DNA from: Octopus vulgaris
Taxonomy: Eukaryota
Direction of reading: 5' to 3'
NCBI GenBank assembly: GCA_951406725.2
Contig: OX597821.1
Span: 84,568,001-84,632,000, forward strand
Length of the DNA stretch: 64,000 nucleotides
The notes beneath the pieces are model-generated. The model saw nothing but the letters and a program-made list of their open reading frames with translations. It ran no database searches and was not told the DNA's origin. The position numbers were made by a program, and so were the translations under genes. Positions 23,341 to 36,043 of the stretch are shown piece by piece. Position 1 is the stretch's first letter; every line of letters starts with the position of its first letter.

Positions 23341-24593
23341 TAGAATAAAAGTCAAACATTGAACTTTATTCCGGGTAGCTGCAATAAATTTAGTTGTTTT
23401 CGAAAATGGGATTAATAATGATTGTGGATATTGATATGTTGACTTTGATTTTGTAATAAGGAATTTTTTTTTTACAAGCATTTCTAGTATTAGTTCCACA
23501 TGGGAATGGAAACCGGGTCTTTGATTAAGTTTGTTGAGAAATTAATGTTTCACGACTGCATCCACAACTAGGAATTATGGATAATGATTTTGTATGTCGT
23601 ATAATGTGGTGAATAAGGTATTGAACTATTAAATTACGGGTCATCAATTAAAATTTGTTGCTAGTATTATGCATTTCGGGATCAGAGTATATAATTGTAT
23701 GACACAGAAAATACGATAATGGGTCACAAAGTCATGACACTTGGGTTCTAATTCGTTGTAAATTAAATACAGCGTGTAACTGGAAATTCGATTCTACTTG
23801 CTTCAGTTTACAAAATAGCCGTGAATGGGTACTGCGTTTTCTGGTGGAAACTGATCACCTACTTGTGGGTACCAAAACGCCAGTCAGCAAGCAATTGTGT
23901 TGCATCTTAGGATAGATTAGGCTTATGAGTGATCTCTTGAAGATGTTAACTAACTGATCTTTCGGTCATATATTCTCTCATCCATCATCTACCATCTAGG
24001 TCGGGCGACTTTCTCGGAACAGAGATATTCGCCATTGTTTCAATAAGTTCATTTGCCAAAATAGTTCACATCCACCATGCCGCATCCTGTGATTTCAACG
24101 TACCCTGGCTCGGGTAGTTATATGTTATTTAACATGTAACTGGGACCTTGACAGGTGCTACTAATCCGGCTCAGAGAAGACCTGGGAACAATAATGGCTA
24201 ATAGATGATTCCACACTCCTCAAAACCCTTAAACTCCCGAACCAGAGTCCCTCGACTGGATGCAGTATAAAGTCATACGCAGTCACATTATCTAAATGTA
24301 AATCTTACACTTGCTCGTGTACAATATTGTACATCATCTCAAAGATTCTTTCATCACAATTTCAACAAAGTAAGTGAAGTCTATGTTTCGCTTAAGATTC
24401 ATATAAGACTAAAACAGGTCCGGAGTTGTCTTCTGCACTTGATACAATAATTATAAAAAATATTTGCAAATAAATTGTTTTGATGTTTTCTCATTGCACA
24501 ATTATTTCTAAATAGTTTTTAAATGTTTGTTGCATTAAATATAGAACCACTAACTCATCACAACGTTTTGCGCTCTCACCTCCCATAATACCA

Positions 24594-25260
24594 TGTATAT
24601 TGTGGATTGAAACACATGTAGAGATCTAGCTTGACTCTGCCTGAGATTTGAAACTAAATCCATCTGCTTGTTGCTTGTCAAAACGAGCAGGAAATCATCT
24701 CCGCACCAGATGATTGACGAGGAAACGCTCGACCCCCTAGGACCTGTGCTGGTCAAGGAAAGTAGGGCCTTTGCTGACCATAGCCTATATAACAGAGAGA
24801 ATTTCCTATCTCTTCCTCTGATCTGTCAGCTATGACCAAGGAGCAACACCCTATCTTTTGCGTCATTTAGACCAAGGAGCAACACACTCTTTTGCATCAA
24901 CCATGACCAAGAGCAGCACTTCCCATTCGGCCGCAAGACGATGCCACCTTTATCCTTTCTTCCTTTCTAGTCAGCACCGTGCATTCCTTACTCTTTCATT
25001 CTCTACTGACAGACAACCTTTTTCTACACTATCAACTGCTAATCAGCGAGCCAACCTTGCTACTGTCTCTTTAACTACCTGTCAGGTAAACGAATAAACA
25101 TATGTAAATAATATTTCTTCCTTCTTGGTGTTGATTCTTCAATGTTTACTGGTTACTCCGACGCGAGAACCTTGAAGCGTTACATCTATACGCTACATTC
25201 AGCAGTGGGCTACATCCTATCGACCTGATATGGCACATCACATCCAGCCCGCTACACACA
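24594..25260 (+). mobile_element. Possible solo LTR
   Basis: TG start and CA end, TATAA near 24788, repeated gaccaaggagcaacac, AATAAA near 25093. No TSD found. Confidence 0.35.
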
Positions 25261-25391
25261 TCCAAGCAATGTTCGGCAAAGAAGTTTAAGAAATTCCTTT
25301 ACGGACCTCGAGATTGTACTCCAACGCCTTACTATACCATGGTTCCTGATTTAGGTACATGGCTAGTAATTTTGAGGGTAGGGGTGTGGTA

Positions 25392-25630
25392 AATACCTAT
25401 TTCTTTACTACCCACAAGGGGCTAAACACAGAGAGGACAAACAAGGACAGAAAAACTGATTAAGTCGATTATATCGACCCCAATGTATAACTGTTACTTA
25501 ATTTATCGACCCCGAAAGGATAAAAGGCAAAGTCGACCTCGGCGGGATTTGAACTCAGAACGTAACGGCAGACGAAATACGGCTACGCATTTAGCCCGGC
25601 GTGCTAACGATTCTGCCAGCTCGCCACCCT
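25392..25630 (-). mobile_element. SINE family C
   Basis: Near-identical to 41320-41560; taaatacc flanks. Confidence 0.85.
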
Positions 25631-25930
25631 TAAATACCACTGAGTGCAGTACTAGACTGGTGCTTTATTTTTACCGTTGACCTAAGGTTGGATATGGGGG
25701 ACTTGAATTCGGAATGTAAAGAGCAGGAAGAAATATTGTAAAATATTTTTTCCGACGCTCTAACTATTCTGTCACCTCGATGCCCTCACATTTAAAAGAG
25801 GTACAAGGCCAACAATTCTGAAGGAAGGATTAGCTGATACTGTTAACCCTTGACTGGTATTTCCCTTTATCGAACTTAGAGGGATGCAAGGTAAAGTTGA
25901 CATGGACAGGATTTGAACTCAAATGCCATG

Positions 25931-26306
25931 GAATGGAAGCACTCCGTCGGGTACGACGACGAGGGTTCCGGTTGATCCGATCAACGGAACAGCCTGCTCG
26001 TGAAATTAATGTGTAAGTGGCTGAGCACTCCACAGACACGTGTACCCTTAACGCAGTTCTGCGTGACACAGAGAGTGACAAGGCCGGCCCTTTGAAATAC
26101 AGGTACAACAGAAACAGGAAGTAAGAGTGAGAGAAAGTTGTGGTGAAAGAGTACAGCAGGGATCACCACCATCCCCTGCCGGAGCCTCGTGGAGCTTTTT
26201 AGGTGTTTTCGCTCAATAAACACTCACAACGCCCGGTCTGGGAATCGAAACCACGATCCTACGACCGCGAGTCCGCTGCCCTAACCACTGGGCCATTGCG
26301 CCTCCA
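25931..26306 (-). mobile_element. SINE family A
   Basis: TSD actcaaatgcc. Confidence 0.9.
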
Positions 26307-26695
26307 CACTCAAATGCCGTATCATACAATGAACATCATTTGTGCATTCCTAACAGTAGATATCAACGGCAATGTTAAGTGCTCGACACATCTTTGTGTT
26401 CCAGTTCAATTACCAACTACAACAAGAAAGTTACTGGTTTTTTTTTATCCTGGCTATAGATCAGATGAGGTGAAGGCGCGTGTCCCAGTAGATAGTGGGG
26501 TGTTTGGCTCGTGATTATAAAGTTGTGGTTTCTCTTCTTGGACCATGCGACGCACTATGTCTTTCAGAGAGGTACTTCACTTCACGTTTCCAGCCAGAGT
26601 GTAGGTGTAACCCCCCACTCTCTCTCTCCAGCTGGGCCAAGGATGCGTGGATGAGGTGGGGGTGTTTACTCAAGGCTTACACAAAAACCTAAAAC

Positions 26696-28400
26696 AATTA
26701 GCTGGTCAATGCGAGGTATAACCTTGCTCACAACGCATCGGAGATCATGGCCGGGCGCAGCAAGACGGCTTTTCGACTGGGTGGCCAGTAAGGCTGAGAA
26801 CCCCTGCTCACTCTCCCAAGTAGAGGGGGAAAATAAGTAGCTGGGGAACAGCGTGACGGGATAGCATCGGGTATGCTTAGCCAGAAGTTTATAGGAGAGC
26901 ATTCTTTGTGCTTCGTCTTTGCTGTCTCGTCAGCCTAGATATCTATGAGTTCTTCTTGTTCCCCGGTCCTGACAGACAACTCAGCTGGATCAACTGAGAA
27001 TGAATTGGCGATGTAGACACAATATGTCTCGTCCAAGAAGTAAGGCATCAACTCAATCTTGAGCAGTGAGAGGTGACGGACGATTTTTTGGGCAAATTCA
27101 TCACTGAGCTCGCTGTCAAGTGTAGTCAGGAGTTCGAACATTCCGTAGCGTTTGTTCTCCACGTTCTTGAACCACAGATTCAACTTCCGGACAAACGCTT
27201 CCAGCTTCGAGATGAACTCTGTGACAGTGCAGTTGTGCTCTTGGAGCGACAGGTTTAAGTGGTTGAGAGTTCCAAAAATGTTCGACAGGTAGGCTAACCT
27301 TAAGATAAACTCCTCGTCCTCCAGATCTTTTTGAAAACCGTGTTCCTTCCCAGTGAAGGAAACAAGAAGTTCATCCCTCAGTCCAAAGAGATGCCTCGTC
27401 GCATTGCCCTGGGAAAGTCAGTGAACCTCTATGTGGTAGAGGAGACAGATGTGGTCGGAGCCAGAATCTTTGCAGAGCAGCTTGAACAGCCGAGTATTCA
27501 GAGCCGACGTTTTGACTAAATTCACGAATCTGATAACTCGGTTCGAGCATGATAAGAACTTCGGAGGGAGCACCTGAGCACAAAGAGCGAATCTGTGTAT
27601 GAAACAATGGACAGCGGTGGTGTTTAGTGATACAGCTTTCATATGGGCTTGAAAACCTGACTTTCGACCGAGCATAGATGGAGCCCCATCTGTCGTGCAT
27701 CCGACCAACTTTCCTCAATCCAGTTCATTCTGCTTGCAGAAATTGTCCAAAACGTCGAAAATATCCTTTCCTTTCGTTGTACTAGACATCTCTTGGCTCA
27801 GCCGTAACTCAGTCTTCACAGCATGATTCTGCGTGAAGCGGACATAGGCAAGTAGTTGACAGCAGTTGGTGACATCCGTCGATTCGTCGAGTTGAATGGC
27901 AAACCCATACTTTGAAGCTCTCATCTCCCCCAATCACTTGGTCAGCAATGTCGACCGACGTCTCCTCGATACGGCCCTGTACAGTGTTGTTAGAGACGGA
28001 AACACTCTCCAGCTTCGCCGCTGCCTCCTCTCCAATCACGTGCCTATCCAAGATCTTTGCCGCTGGCATGACGAGAGACTCTTCTATGGTATGCGCCTTC
28101 ATGTTTTTGGCCACCAGGAGAGCAACTTCATAGGATGCTTTCACAATTCCTAGTAGATCTGACCTGTCTTGTTGATGCACTGCCGCTTTACTTCTTACCG
28201 AGTCGCTGGAAGTAATTTTGATCTCGGTCCTTCATGTCCGCGTGATTCGTCTCAAGATGATATTTGAGCAGGCTGAGTTTCATGGCCGCATTGGGAAAGG
28301 ACTTCATACAGACCACACACTGCAGAAGAGCTTCTCCTCCACGTTCGATTGCAATGAAGCCATACTCTATGTACGCAGGGTCATCGATTCGCTTTGGCAT
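26696..28400 (-). pseudogene. Frameshifted Buster-type hAT transposase (SCAND3/ZBED5/ZBED8-like family)
   Basis: Consecutive ORF pieces: zinc-finger N-terminus (YGF...QCVVC...HLETNH), FAIQLDESTD, CTTDGAPSM, HCFIHR, LLYHIEVH, and C-terminal ST..EQGFS...HDLRC.VS...PRID. Confidence 0.92.
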
Positions 28401-28505
28401 GTTATCAAATCCTGTGGAAAAGTGAAAAGCATTAATCTATCAAGAAATAAAGAAATATTAAAAAAATATATACAAAATGATATTAATACTACTAATAATA
28501 ATATG

Positions 28506-28812
28506 TGGAGGCGCAATGGCCTAGTGGTTAGGGCAGCGGACTCGCGGTCGCAGGATCGCGGTTTCGATTCCCAGACCGGGCGTTGTGAGTGTTTATTGAG
28601 CGAAAACACCTAAAAAAAGCTCCACGAGGCTCCGGCAGGGGGTGGTGATCCCTGCTGTACTCTTTCACCACTCTTTCTCCCACTCTTTCTTCTGTTGGCC
28701 TGCTCGCTTAGCCAGCGGGGTGGCGTCATTCGAAGGCTAAAACAATGCGAACGCATTGTGACCAGCGATGTGTAACAACATCTGATGGTCTGGTCGGTCA
28801 CGTGATCACGTG
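28506..28812 (+). mobile_element. SINE with family A head and an alternative tail, nested in the hAT element
   Basis: Family A head, tail ends ggtcggtcacgtgatcacgtg; TSD aataataatat. Confidence 0.85.
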
Positions 28813-29252
28813 AATAATAATATACACAATAAGAAAATTATGAGTATGAAAGTAGCAAATCTTTGCCCGATTACCTTGTGTGAGGCAGAAAACATTTTTC
28901 TGAAGAGAATATTAACTTGTACCGGCATGCTTGCCTCGCCAGCCCCAGTCAGCTTCTACTTAGCCTAGAGAGAACAAAGATACGCACCAGAAACCAAAGA
29001 AACAACTGCATCCATTAATGAGCTCACGGCGCATTTTATACGCGCGTGCCCCTCTCACACCATACTCAAGATCGCGCGCATTGGTTGGACTGTGCTGATC
29101 GCTGTACAGAGAGCGAATAAAAGGTAACCAATGGTATGCCAGTAATCGAAAAGTACTGACTACTGGTTGATTGATTTGGAAAGCATTAATCACATGCTGA
29201 CCGAATATTGGAAAAAAGCACAAACTAAAAATCGCATATTACCCCGAAAGCG

Positions 29253-29331
29253 CTCGCGTACAACCTGGAAAGCCCTCGCGTACCACCTGGAAAGCCCTCG
29301 CGTACCACCCGGAAAGCCCTCGCGTACCACA
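29253..29331. repeat. 22-bp subterminal tandem repeats of the hAT element
   Basis: gccctcgcgtaccacctggaaa x ~3.5 next to the TIR. Confidence 0.9.
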
Positions 29332-29775
29332 GGTTGGGAACAACTGACCTAGAGAATGTAAAATTATAGAAGAATCGATGACAATTCAAAACCAACAAAA
29401 TCCAGGTCTCAGAGTCGAGAACTGTGGAGAAAAGCCACCGATGGCTCATGCTCTGTAGGGAGCGAAGGGCTAAATAAGTGTAAACTCGGTATTTTGAGCA
29501 TTATCTGGGAAGTAAACGTTTCAAGTATATCCCAAAAGCAAAGAAATTTGAAAGAAACTATCTGTAAAGATCTTAAAAAGTTCTAACTGATTAGTTTTCT
29601 GGCAGATTTGAGCAATTCAGAGATTTATAAAAAAAATAATACTTGCTTACCAACCACATGGTTCCGGGTTCAGTCCCACTGCGTAGCATCTTGGGCAAGT
29701 GTCTTTTGATATAGCCTCGGGCCGACCAAAGCCTTGTGAGTGGATTTGGTAGACGGAAACTGAAAGACACCCGTC

Positions 29776-29840
<65 letters not shown>

Positions 29841-29841
<1 letters not shown>

Positions 29842-30235
29842 TAGCAGTATCGCCCGGCGTTGCTCGGGTTTGTAAGGGAAATAATTATATAAGCATTTCT
29901 AGAGATGTAAAGTATAATAACCATCTCAATATGGCTAACCACAAAGGGGGAGGGGTGTTACTGTAGCTTTTTACGTTCTGAGATTTAATAATAAATTTTA
30001 GAGAGTTACTTCCCTTATATATGTCAAAAATGGATTAAAAATGGGAAAAATTGATGGTAAATTTTTTTTTAAATCGTAGACTCATCGTAGACGCGCGCTA
30101 ATACCCAGACGGTCTCGATATGAATCACGACTATAAGATACCCGGTTTTGGTTAAACTGCACCGCAAAATGTGGGAGTAGTTAGGAATCTAAATCGTAGG
30201 AGACAGACACACAACCTCACTTTTATATATAAAGA
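29841..30235 (-). mobile_element. Non-autonomous Helitron
   Basis: 5'-TC ... cccgagcaacgccggg hairpin ... CTAG-3', inserted between A and T. Confidence 0.85.
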
Positions 30236-30399
30236 TTTCCTCTATTTACATAATATTGAGGTCTCTTTCTTTCTTTTGTTATCTTACTGTTTTTACCAAT
30301 ATACATATATATATATATATATAAATATATATACAGTTACAGAGATGTACTTGCATAGCAAGTGACTTGATCTGAGATCGTGTGCTGGAACGAAAACAG

Positions 30400-30659
30400 T
30401 TGCAGCGTTGAAGGTGTTTATAAGCCATTTAAGAAACACACAAAAACCGTTAGATTCACTTCAACATTTAAATTTAATTTGTCAAAATATTTTCGTCGCT
30501 TTGAGACCGCGACCTGTTAGCACGATATTTTTGTCAGTGAACAGGTCGCGGTCTCAAAGCGACGAAAATATTTTGGCAAATTAAATTTAAATGTTGAAGT
30601 GAATGTAACGGTTTTTGTGTGTTTCTTAAATGGCTTACAAACACCTTCCAGGCTGCAAT
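30400..30659. mobile_element. Palindromic Penelope-like fragment with variant hammerhead
   Basis: ~120-bp near-perfect inverted arms (30400-30518 and 30540-30659) lying between (TA)n tracts. Confidence 0.75.
30530..30580 (+). ncRNA. Hammerhead ribozyme fold with G3-C8 compensatory core
   Basis: TTTGTCA-GTGAACA-G-GTCGC-ggtctcaaa-GCGAC-GAAA-ATAT-TT-TGGCAAA: 7-bp stem I, 5-bp stem II, palindromic AATATT stem III. Confidence 0.6.
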
Positions 30660-31009
30660 ATATATATACACACATATATATATATGTATGTATGTATGTG
30701 TGTATATGTGTATGCATGTATGTGTGTGTGTGTGCGTGTCTGTGCTCTTGATTGTCCTCCACCACTGCTTGACAACGAATGTTGGTTTGTTTACATCCCT
30801 GTCACCTAGTGGTTTGACAAAGGAAACAGATAGAATAAGTACAATGCTTACAAAAATAAAACTGGAGTTGATTCATTAAACTACAATTCTTCAAGGCATT
30901 GCCCCAGCATGGCCACAGACCAATGGCTGGAAAAAGCAGAAGAATAAAAGAATACATTCTCTGCTTTGGTCTTATGTTCAAGGCATGAGAAAGCTTGAGT
31001 TTACATGAG

Positions 31010-31395
31010 AAGGCCTAACAGACCTGGTAGAAACAGCAGCCAAATCTCCCTCAAATCACACCTTACTGTCTTATGTATGTATATATATATGAGCCAATGA
31101 GGGGGACCTCTACATGGTAGCTAGACCTGGTAGAAATAGCAGCCAAATTTCCCCCAAATCACACCTTACTGTCTTATCTATGTATATATGTATGTATGAG
31201 CCTATGAGGGAGACCCCTACATGGCAGCTAGACCTGGTAGAAATAGCAGCCAAATTCCCCCCAAATCACACCTTACTGTCTTATCTATGTATATATGTAT
31301 GTATGAGCCTATGAGGGAGACCCCTACATGGCAGCTAGACATGGTAGAAATAGCAGCCAAATCTCCCTCAAATCACACCTTACTGTCTTATCTTT
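31010..31395. repeat. 107-bp tandem repeat (~3.5 copies)
   Basis: Unit recurs near 31020, 31123, 31230 and 31337; ORF-track starts 31114/31221/31328 confirm the period. Confidence 0.95.
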
Positions 31396-31898
31396 CTGCT
31401 ACTTGGATATAGGTGTTATATTCGTCGTAAAAAACTTTCCTGTCACACACTCACGCACACGCACACACACACACATGCACCCTCACACACACACACACAC
31501 GCGCACACCCACACACACCCACTCACACACACGCACGTTAGCTTACAATTTTATTTATATATTTGCGTGTCTATGTGTTGAAAGAGGAAGTGGGAGGCAG
31601 AGTGAAAGAATCACTCACTACAGTAAGTCAATTACTTTCATTTTATTCGTTGCCCACTGTGTGTGTGCGTTTGCGTGTGGTGTAAACCAGACTAAGAAAA
31701 GCATTTGACACACACACCAGAATGTGAGTTTTCTGTAAATTGTGCTTAATTGGAGTTTAAATTTTAAAAACTGGACCTGGCATGACGCGATGCATTGTAC
31801 TCTTAAAAATGCAAGGTAAATTGTAATTGAAGAAATCCTATATTGTAGATTTGTATAACTCCCAAAGGGAGGCAGATAAAATCTGCCTTTTATAATAA

Positions 31899-32011
<113 letters not shown>

Positions 32012-32406
32012 CGTGTGTCTGTGTTTGTCCCCCAACATCACTTGACAACCGATGCTGGTGTGTTTACGTGCCCGTAACTTAGCGGTTCAGCAAAGAGACC
32101 GATAGGATAAGTACTAGACTTACAAAGAATAAGTCCTGGATTCGATTTGCTCGACTAAAAGGCGGTGCTCCAGCATGGCCACAGTCAAATGACTGAAACA
32201 AGTAAAAGAGTAAAAGAGTAAATATGAAATATGCTTATAAGATAGATTTCAGAAAATTGAAATTAAATATGTTTGAGGGGTTGTTTTTAAGGGACCTAAA
32301 AATGCATCTAAGTCGACTTCCAATCGAGCCCCAGTTGGAGGCAAAACTTCATTACACTTGTAATGAGTTGATTTAAGAGAAATTGAATGTAAACATGTTC
32401 AAGTAA

Positions 32407-32803
32407 TCTTTATATATAAAAGTAAGGTTGTGTATCTGTCTCCTACGATTTAGATTCCTAGCTACTCCCACATTTTGCGGTGCAGTTTAACCAAAACCGG
32501 GTATCTTATAGTCGTGATTCATTTCGAGCCCTTCTGGGTATTAGCGTGCGTCTACGATGAGTCTACGATTTAAAAAAAAATTACCATCATTTTTTTCCAT
32601 TATAATGCATTTTTTCGCTATTATATAAGGGAAGTAACTCTCTAAAAATGTCTACGATGAGTCAACGATTAAAACACACATGTACCATAATTTTTTTTCC
32701 ATTTTTAATGCATTATTTTGCTATATTTTGGCTATAACTCTCTAAAAATGCTTATATAATTATTTCCCTTACAAACCCGAGCAACGCCGGGCGATACTGC
32801 TAG
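32407..32803 (+). mobile_element. Non-autonomous Helitron (same family as 29841-30235)
   Basis: A|TC...hairpin...CTAG|T; internal duplication. Confidence 0.85.
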
Positions 32804-33174
32804 TCTTGGATAAACTTTCATTCAGTGAATAAAAGTTTTGGTTAACTTTCAAAATACCTTTTCTTATCCCTAGTTTTCATGAATAGATTTTTGAAATTTC
32901 TAGGTCTTTTATATTAAGGACTTGGTTTTTATAAATATGTTTGGAAATTAGATCGCTTATTTATAAGAATTTACCTAAAACTAAAAATGTGTAAAAACTA
33001 CTTGGGTACAAAGTGACTTTCCAGTGACTAAAAAATTCACCACAGAACATTTTAAAGTGGGTAAGAGTTACTTCCCTGTAATTGGCTTTTTCAGATTGAC
33101 GAACTCATTATGTAAAACATATAAGACTGGAGAAGTTTTCAGCATATTCGCTTGAAAATGATTTCGTTTTCTAT

Positions 33175-33187
33175 AGTAGTAGTAGCG

Positions 33188-33249
<62 letters not shown>

Positions 33250-33268
33250 TGTTGTTGTTGTTGTTGTT
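33175..33268. repeat. (TAG)n/(TTG)n microsatellite
   Basis: Direct reading. Confidence 0.95.
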
Positions 33269-33499
33269 TCATAAATTGACAATACTCTTCGTTCAACTTA
33301 CTGAAAGACTGATTATGTTGCATGTATTATTTCACAACTACTAGCCACATATGTACATTATCTGTTTGACCTTTCATCGACTTTTTCTACTTCGCGTTTC
33401 TTCGGTAGCTAACCTCTTCGTCGTGGCCTGCTGAAAATAAACACTTTTCGCATGATTTGCGAGTCCGTTTATCATGAGACTCGAGGCTTTTTGCAATGC

Positions 33500-33902
33500 T
33501 CTCTTTACTCTTTTACCTGTTTCAGTCATTTGACTGTGGCCATGCTGGAGCACCGCCTTTAAAAGGAGCAACTCGACCCCGGGACTTATTCTTTTGTAAG
33601 CCCAGTACTTATTCTATCGGTCTCTTTTGCCGAACCGCTAAGTAACGGGGACATAAACACACCAGCATCGGTTGTCAAGCAATGCTAGGGGACAAACACA
33701 GACACACAAACGCACACACGCATATACATATATATATATATATATACATACGACGGGCTTCTTTCAGTTTCCGTCTATCAAATCCACTCACAAGGCTTTG
33801 GTCGGCCCGAGGCTATAGTAGAAGACACTTGCCCAAGGTGCCACGCAGTGGGACTGAACCCGGAACCATGTGGTTGGTAGACAAGCTACTTATCACACAG
33901 CC
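33500..33902 (-). mobile_element. SINE family B
   Basis: Homologous to 3882-4270. Confidence 0.85.
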
Positions 33903-33922
33903 AACCATCATAATCAATAAAG

Positions 33923-33988
<66 letters not shown>

Positions 33989-34038
33989 GTCTGTCTGTCT
34001 GTATGTCTGTATGTCTGTCTGTCTATCTATCTATCTAC

Positions 34039-34096
<58 letters not shown>

Positions 34097-34110
34097 ATCT
34101 ATCTATCTGT
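33923..34110. repeat. (ATCT)n/(GTCT)n microsatellite
   Basis: Direct reading. Confidence 0.95.
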
Positions 34111-35354
34111 TTGTTCGTCATTAATGAATGCGCGTGTGCATGCGCGCGCGCGCGTTAGAAAGTCTTAGCAGTAGGAGGAAAACATAAAAATGTAGGCACA
34201 TTACTTTCTGATTCTGAGGCAATGAAGAAACCTCTCTGTGGTCACAAGACCTGCAATAACCAGCAGCCAACTCTCCTTAAAAATACTTTACTGTATAAAA
34301 AATAATATATATATTAGATAAGTGAGAAAAGTAGGCCAGTAAATACACAATTTTTGACTGAAATACGACCTTGAATATCTTTGATCTTCGAGTGTAGCTC
34401 TGCTTCACAAAACAACAACAACAAAAATAGCAACAGCAAAAACATCTTTTTCGACCCTGAAGTAGTGATCCTTAAATATTAACCCCAGATATTCTCACCA
34501 AACTCTTTAGTTTATCCCTCTATTGGGATCTATTTTAATTCATGCATGCACACAATGATGTTTCGTTCCCGAGGGAAACAATTTCAACGACAGCCCGACC
34601 ATGCTGCAGCATTGATAACGACAATCATAAGCAAGCATTCCCGTCTTTATCTTGAGTCTTTATGCCCCGTTTTAGTGACTGCCTGTACGATTTCTGCAAA
34701 GATAGATTTACCGAGAATTATGTTATACACCAGAGGGTTTTTTCTTTTTGCCCCTGAGAACCTTCAGAAGAAATGTTCACCTTAGCTCTAATAAAGCATT
34801 TGATCGTGTTTGACATGTTGATCACTTAGCTAAGCTGCTTGCTTATTGCCTTTTTATGTCATTTTATCTTTCGAGTCGAAGGTTTCCTGATAGACTGCCA
34901 AAATTGCAGCATGCACTTTTTGGGCTGTCACTGAGGAGTATTGCATCAATCCAGGTTTCGGTTACATTTCCGACATGCTTCCGGTTATGTAACATTAGAC
35001 TACTTCGTGTTTCTTCTAATCACACTTGTGCAAATGATTACACCCTTCATTATTCGTTAACATTGGCATCATCCAAACAGAATCTAACCATTTCAAGCCT
35101 GACATGTTTTGTTTCGTGAAGAAAGACATTGAAAATACCCTTCAATTGACAAAATAAATGTCTAACAGTCTCATTAAGTAACACAGTGACACAATGGTTC
35201 ACTGGTTACACTTGTCAAGCAAAATGGTGTTCTACGCTCTTCATACGTATGAGCAAAACATCACGAAACCCTCAATGTTACAAATGCTTAGCTTCATAGT
35301 CAATGTCTGATGGCTTCTCATGGTGACCTTATATATATATATAGTGTTAGGTGT

Positions 35355-35393
<39 letters not shown>

Positions 35394-35395
<2 letters not shown>

Positions 35396-35606
35396 CGAAG
35401 CCTTCAATCTTCAGTCAAGAACCGGATCATCCTAGCAATTTCGGCTGATTAATCTTGAGATCGCTCCGATCCGGCCAGCCCCAAGGAAAAACTAAGCTAT
35501 GAGCATTAGATTTCTTGGAAGAAGGATCGAATGTATACGAAACAGGGACAGAAAAACGGACGATGCCACACGAATATAAAATACAAAAAACAATAATGGT
35601 AAAAAC
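35394..35606. repeat. Dispersed repeat abutting (TA)n; inverted near-identical copy at 40412-40624
   Basis: ~210-bp reverse-complement match. Confidence 0.85.
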
Positions 35607-35614
35607 ACGCTGAA

Positions 35615-36043
35615 GGCATAGGAGTGGCTGCCTGGTAAGGAGCTTGCTTGCACCCTAGATGGTTCCGGGTTCAGTCCCAGTGCGTGGCACCTTGGGCAAG
35701 TGTCTTCTACTATAGCCTCGGGCTGACCAAAGCCCTGTGAGTGGATTTGGTAGACAGAAACTGAAAGAAGCCCGTCGTTATTTATGTATATATATATATA
35801 TATATGTATGTGCGTGTATATGTTTGTGTGTCTGTATTTGTCCCCTCAACATCGCCGCTTGACAACCGATGCTGGTATGTTTACGTCCTCGTAACTTAGC
35901 CGTTCGGCAAAAGAGACTGATGGAATAAGTACTAGGCATACAAAGAATAAGTCCTGGGGTCGATTTTCTCAACGAAAGGCAGTGCTCCAGCATGGCCACA
36001 GTCAAATGACTGAAACAAGTAAAGGAGTAAAAGAGTAAAAGAG
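35615..36043 (+). mobile_element. SINE family B
   Basis: Full-length copy with (taaaagag)n tail. Confidence 0.85.

Larger units (their letters stand above)
26696..29346 (-). mobile_element. hAT transposon (Buster/Charlie group), 3'-truncated, with decayed transposase
   Basis: 5' TIR cagttgttcccaacc ending at 29346, flanked by acc-TA-gag (nnnTAnnn target); 22-bp subterminal repeats; frameshifted transposase inside. Confidence 0.9.

Noticed and set aside
33385-33430. Minus-strand cgacga...gaaacgcg hammerhead-like string
   Set aside because: Core U4 is missing and stem II is not supported.
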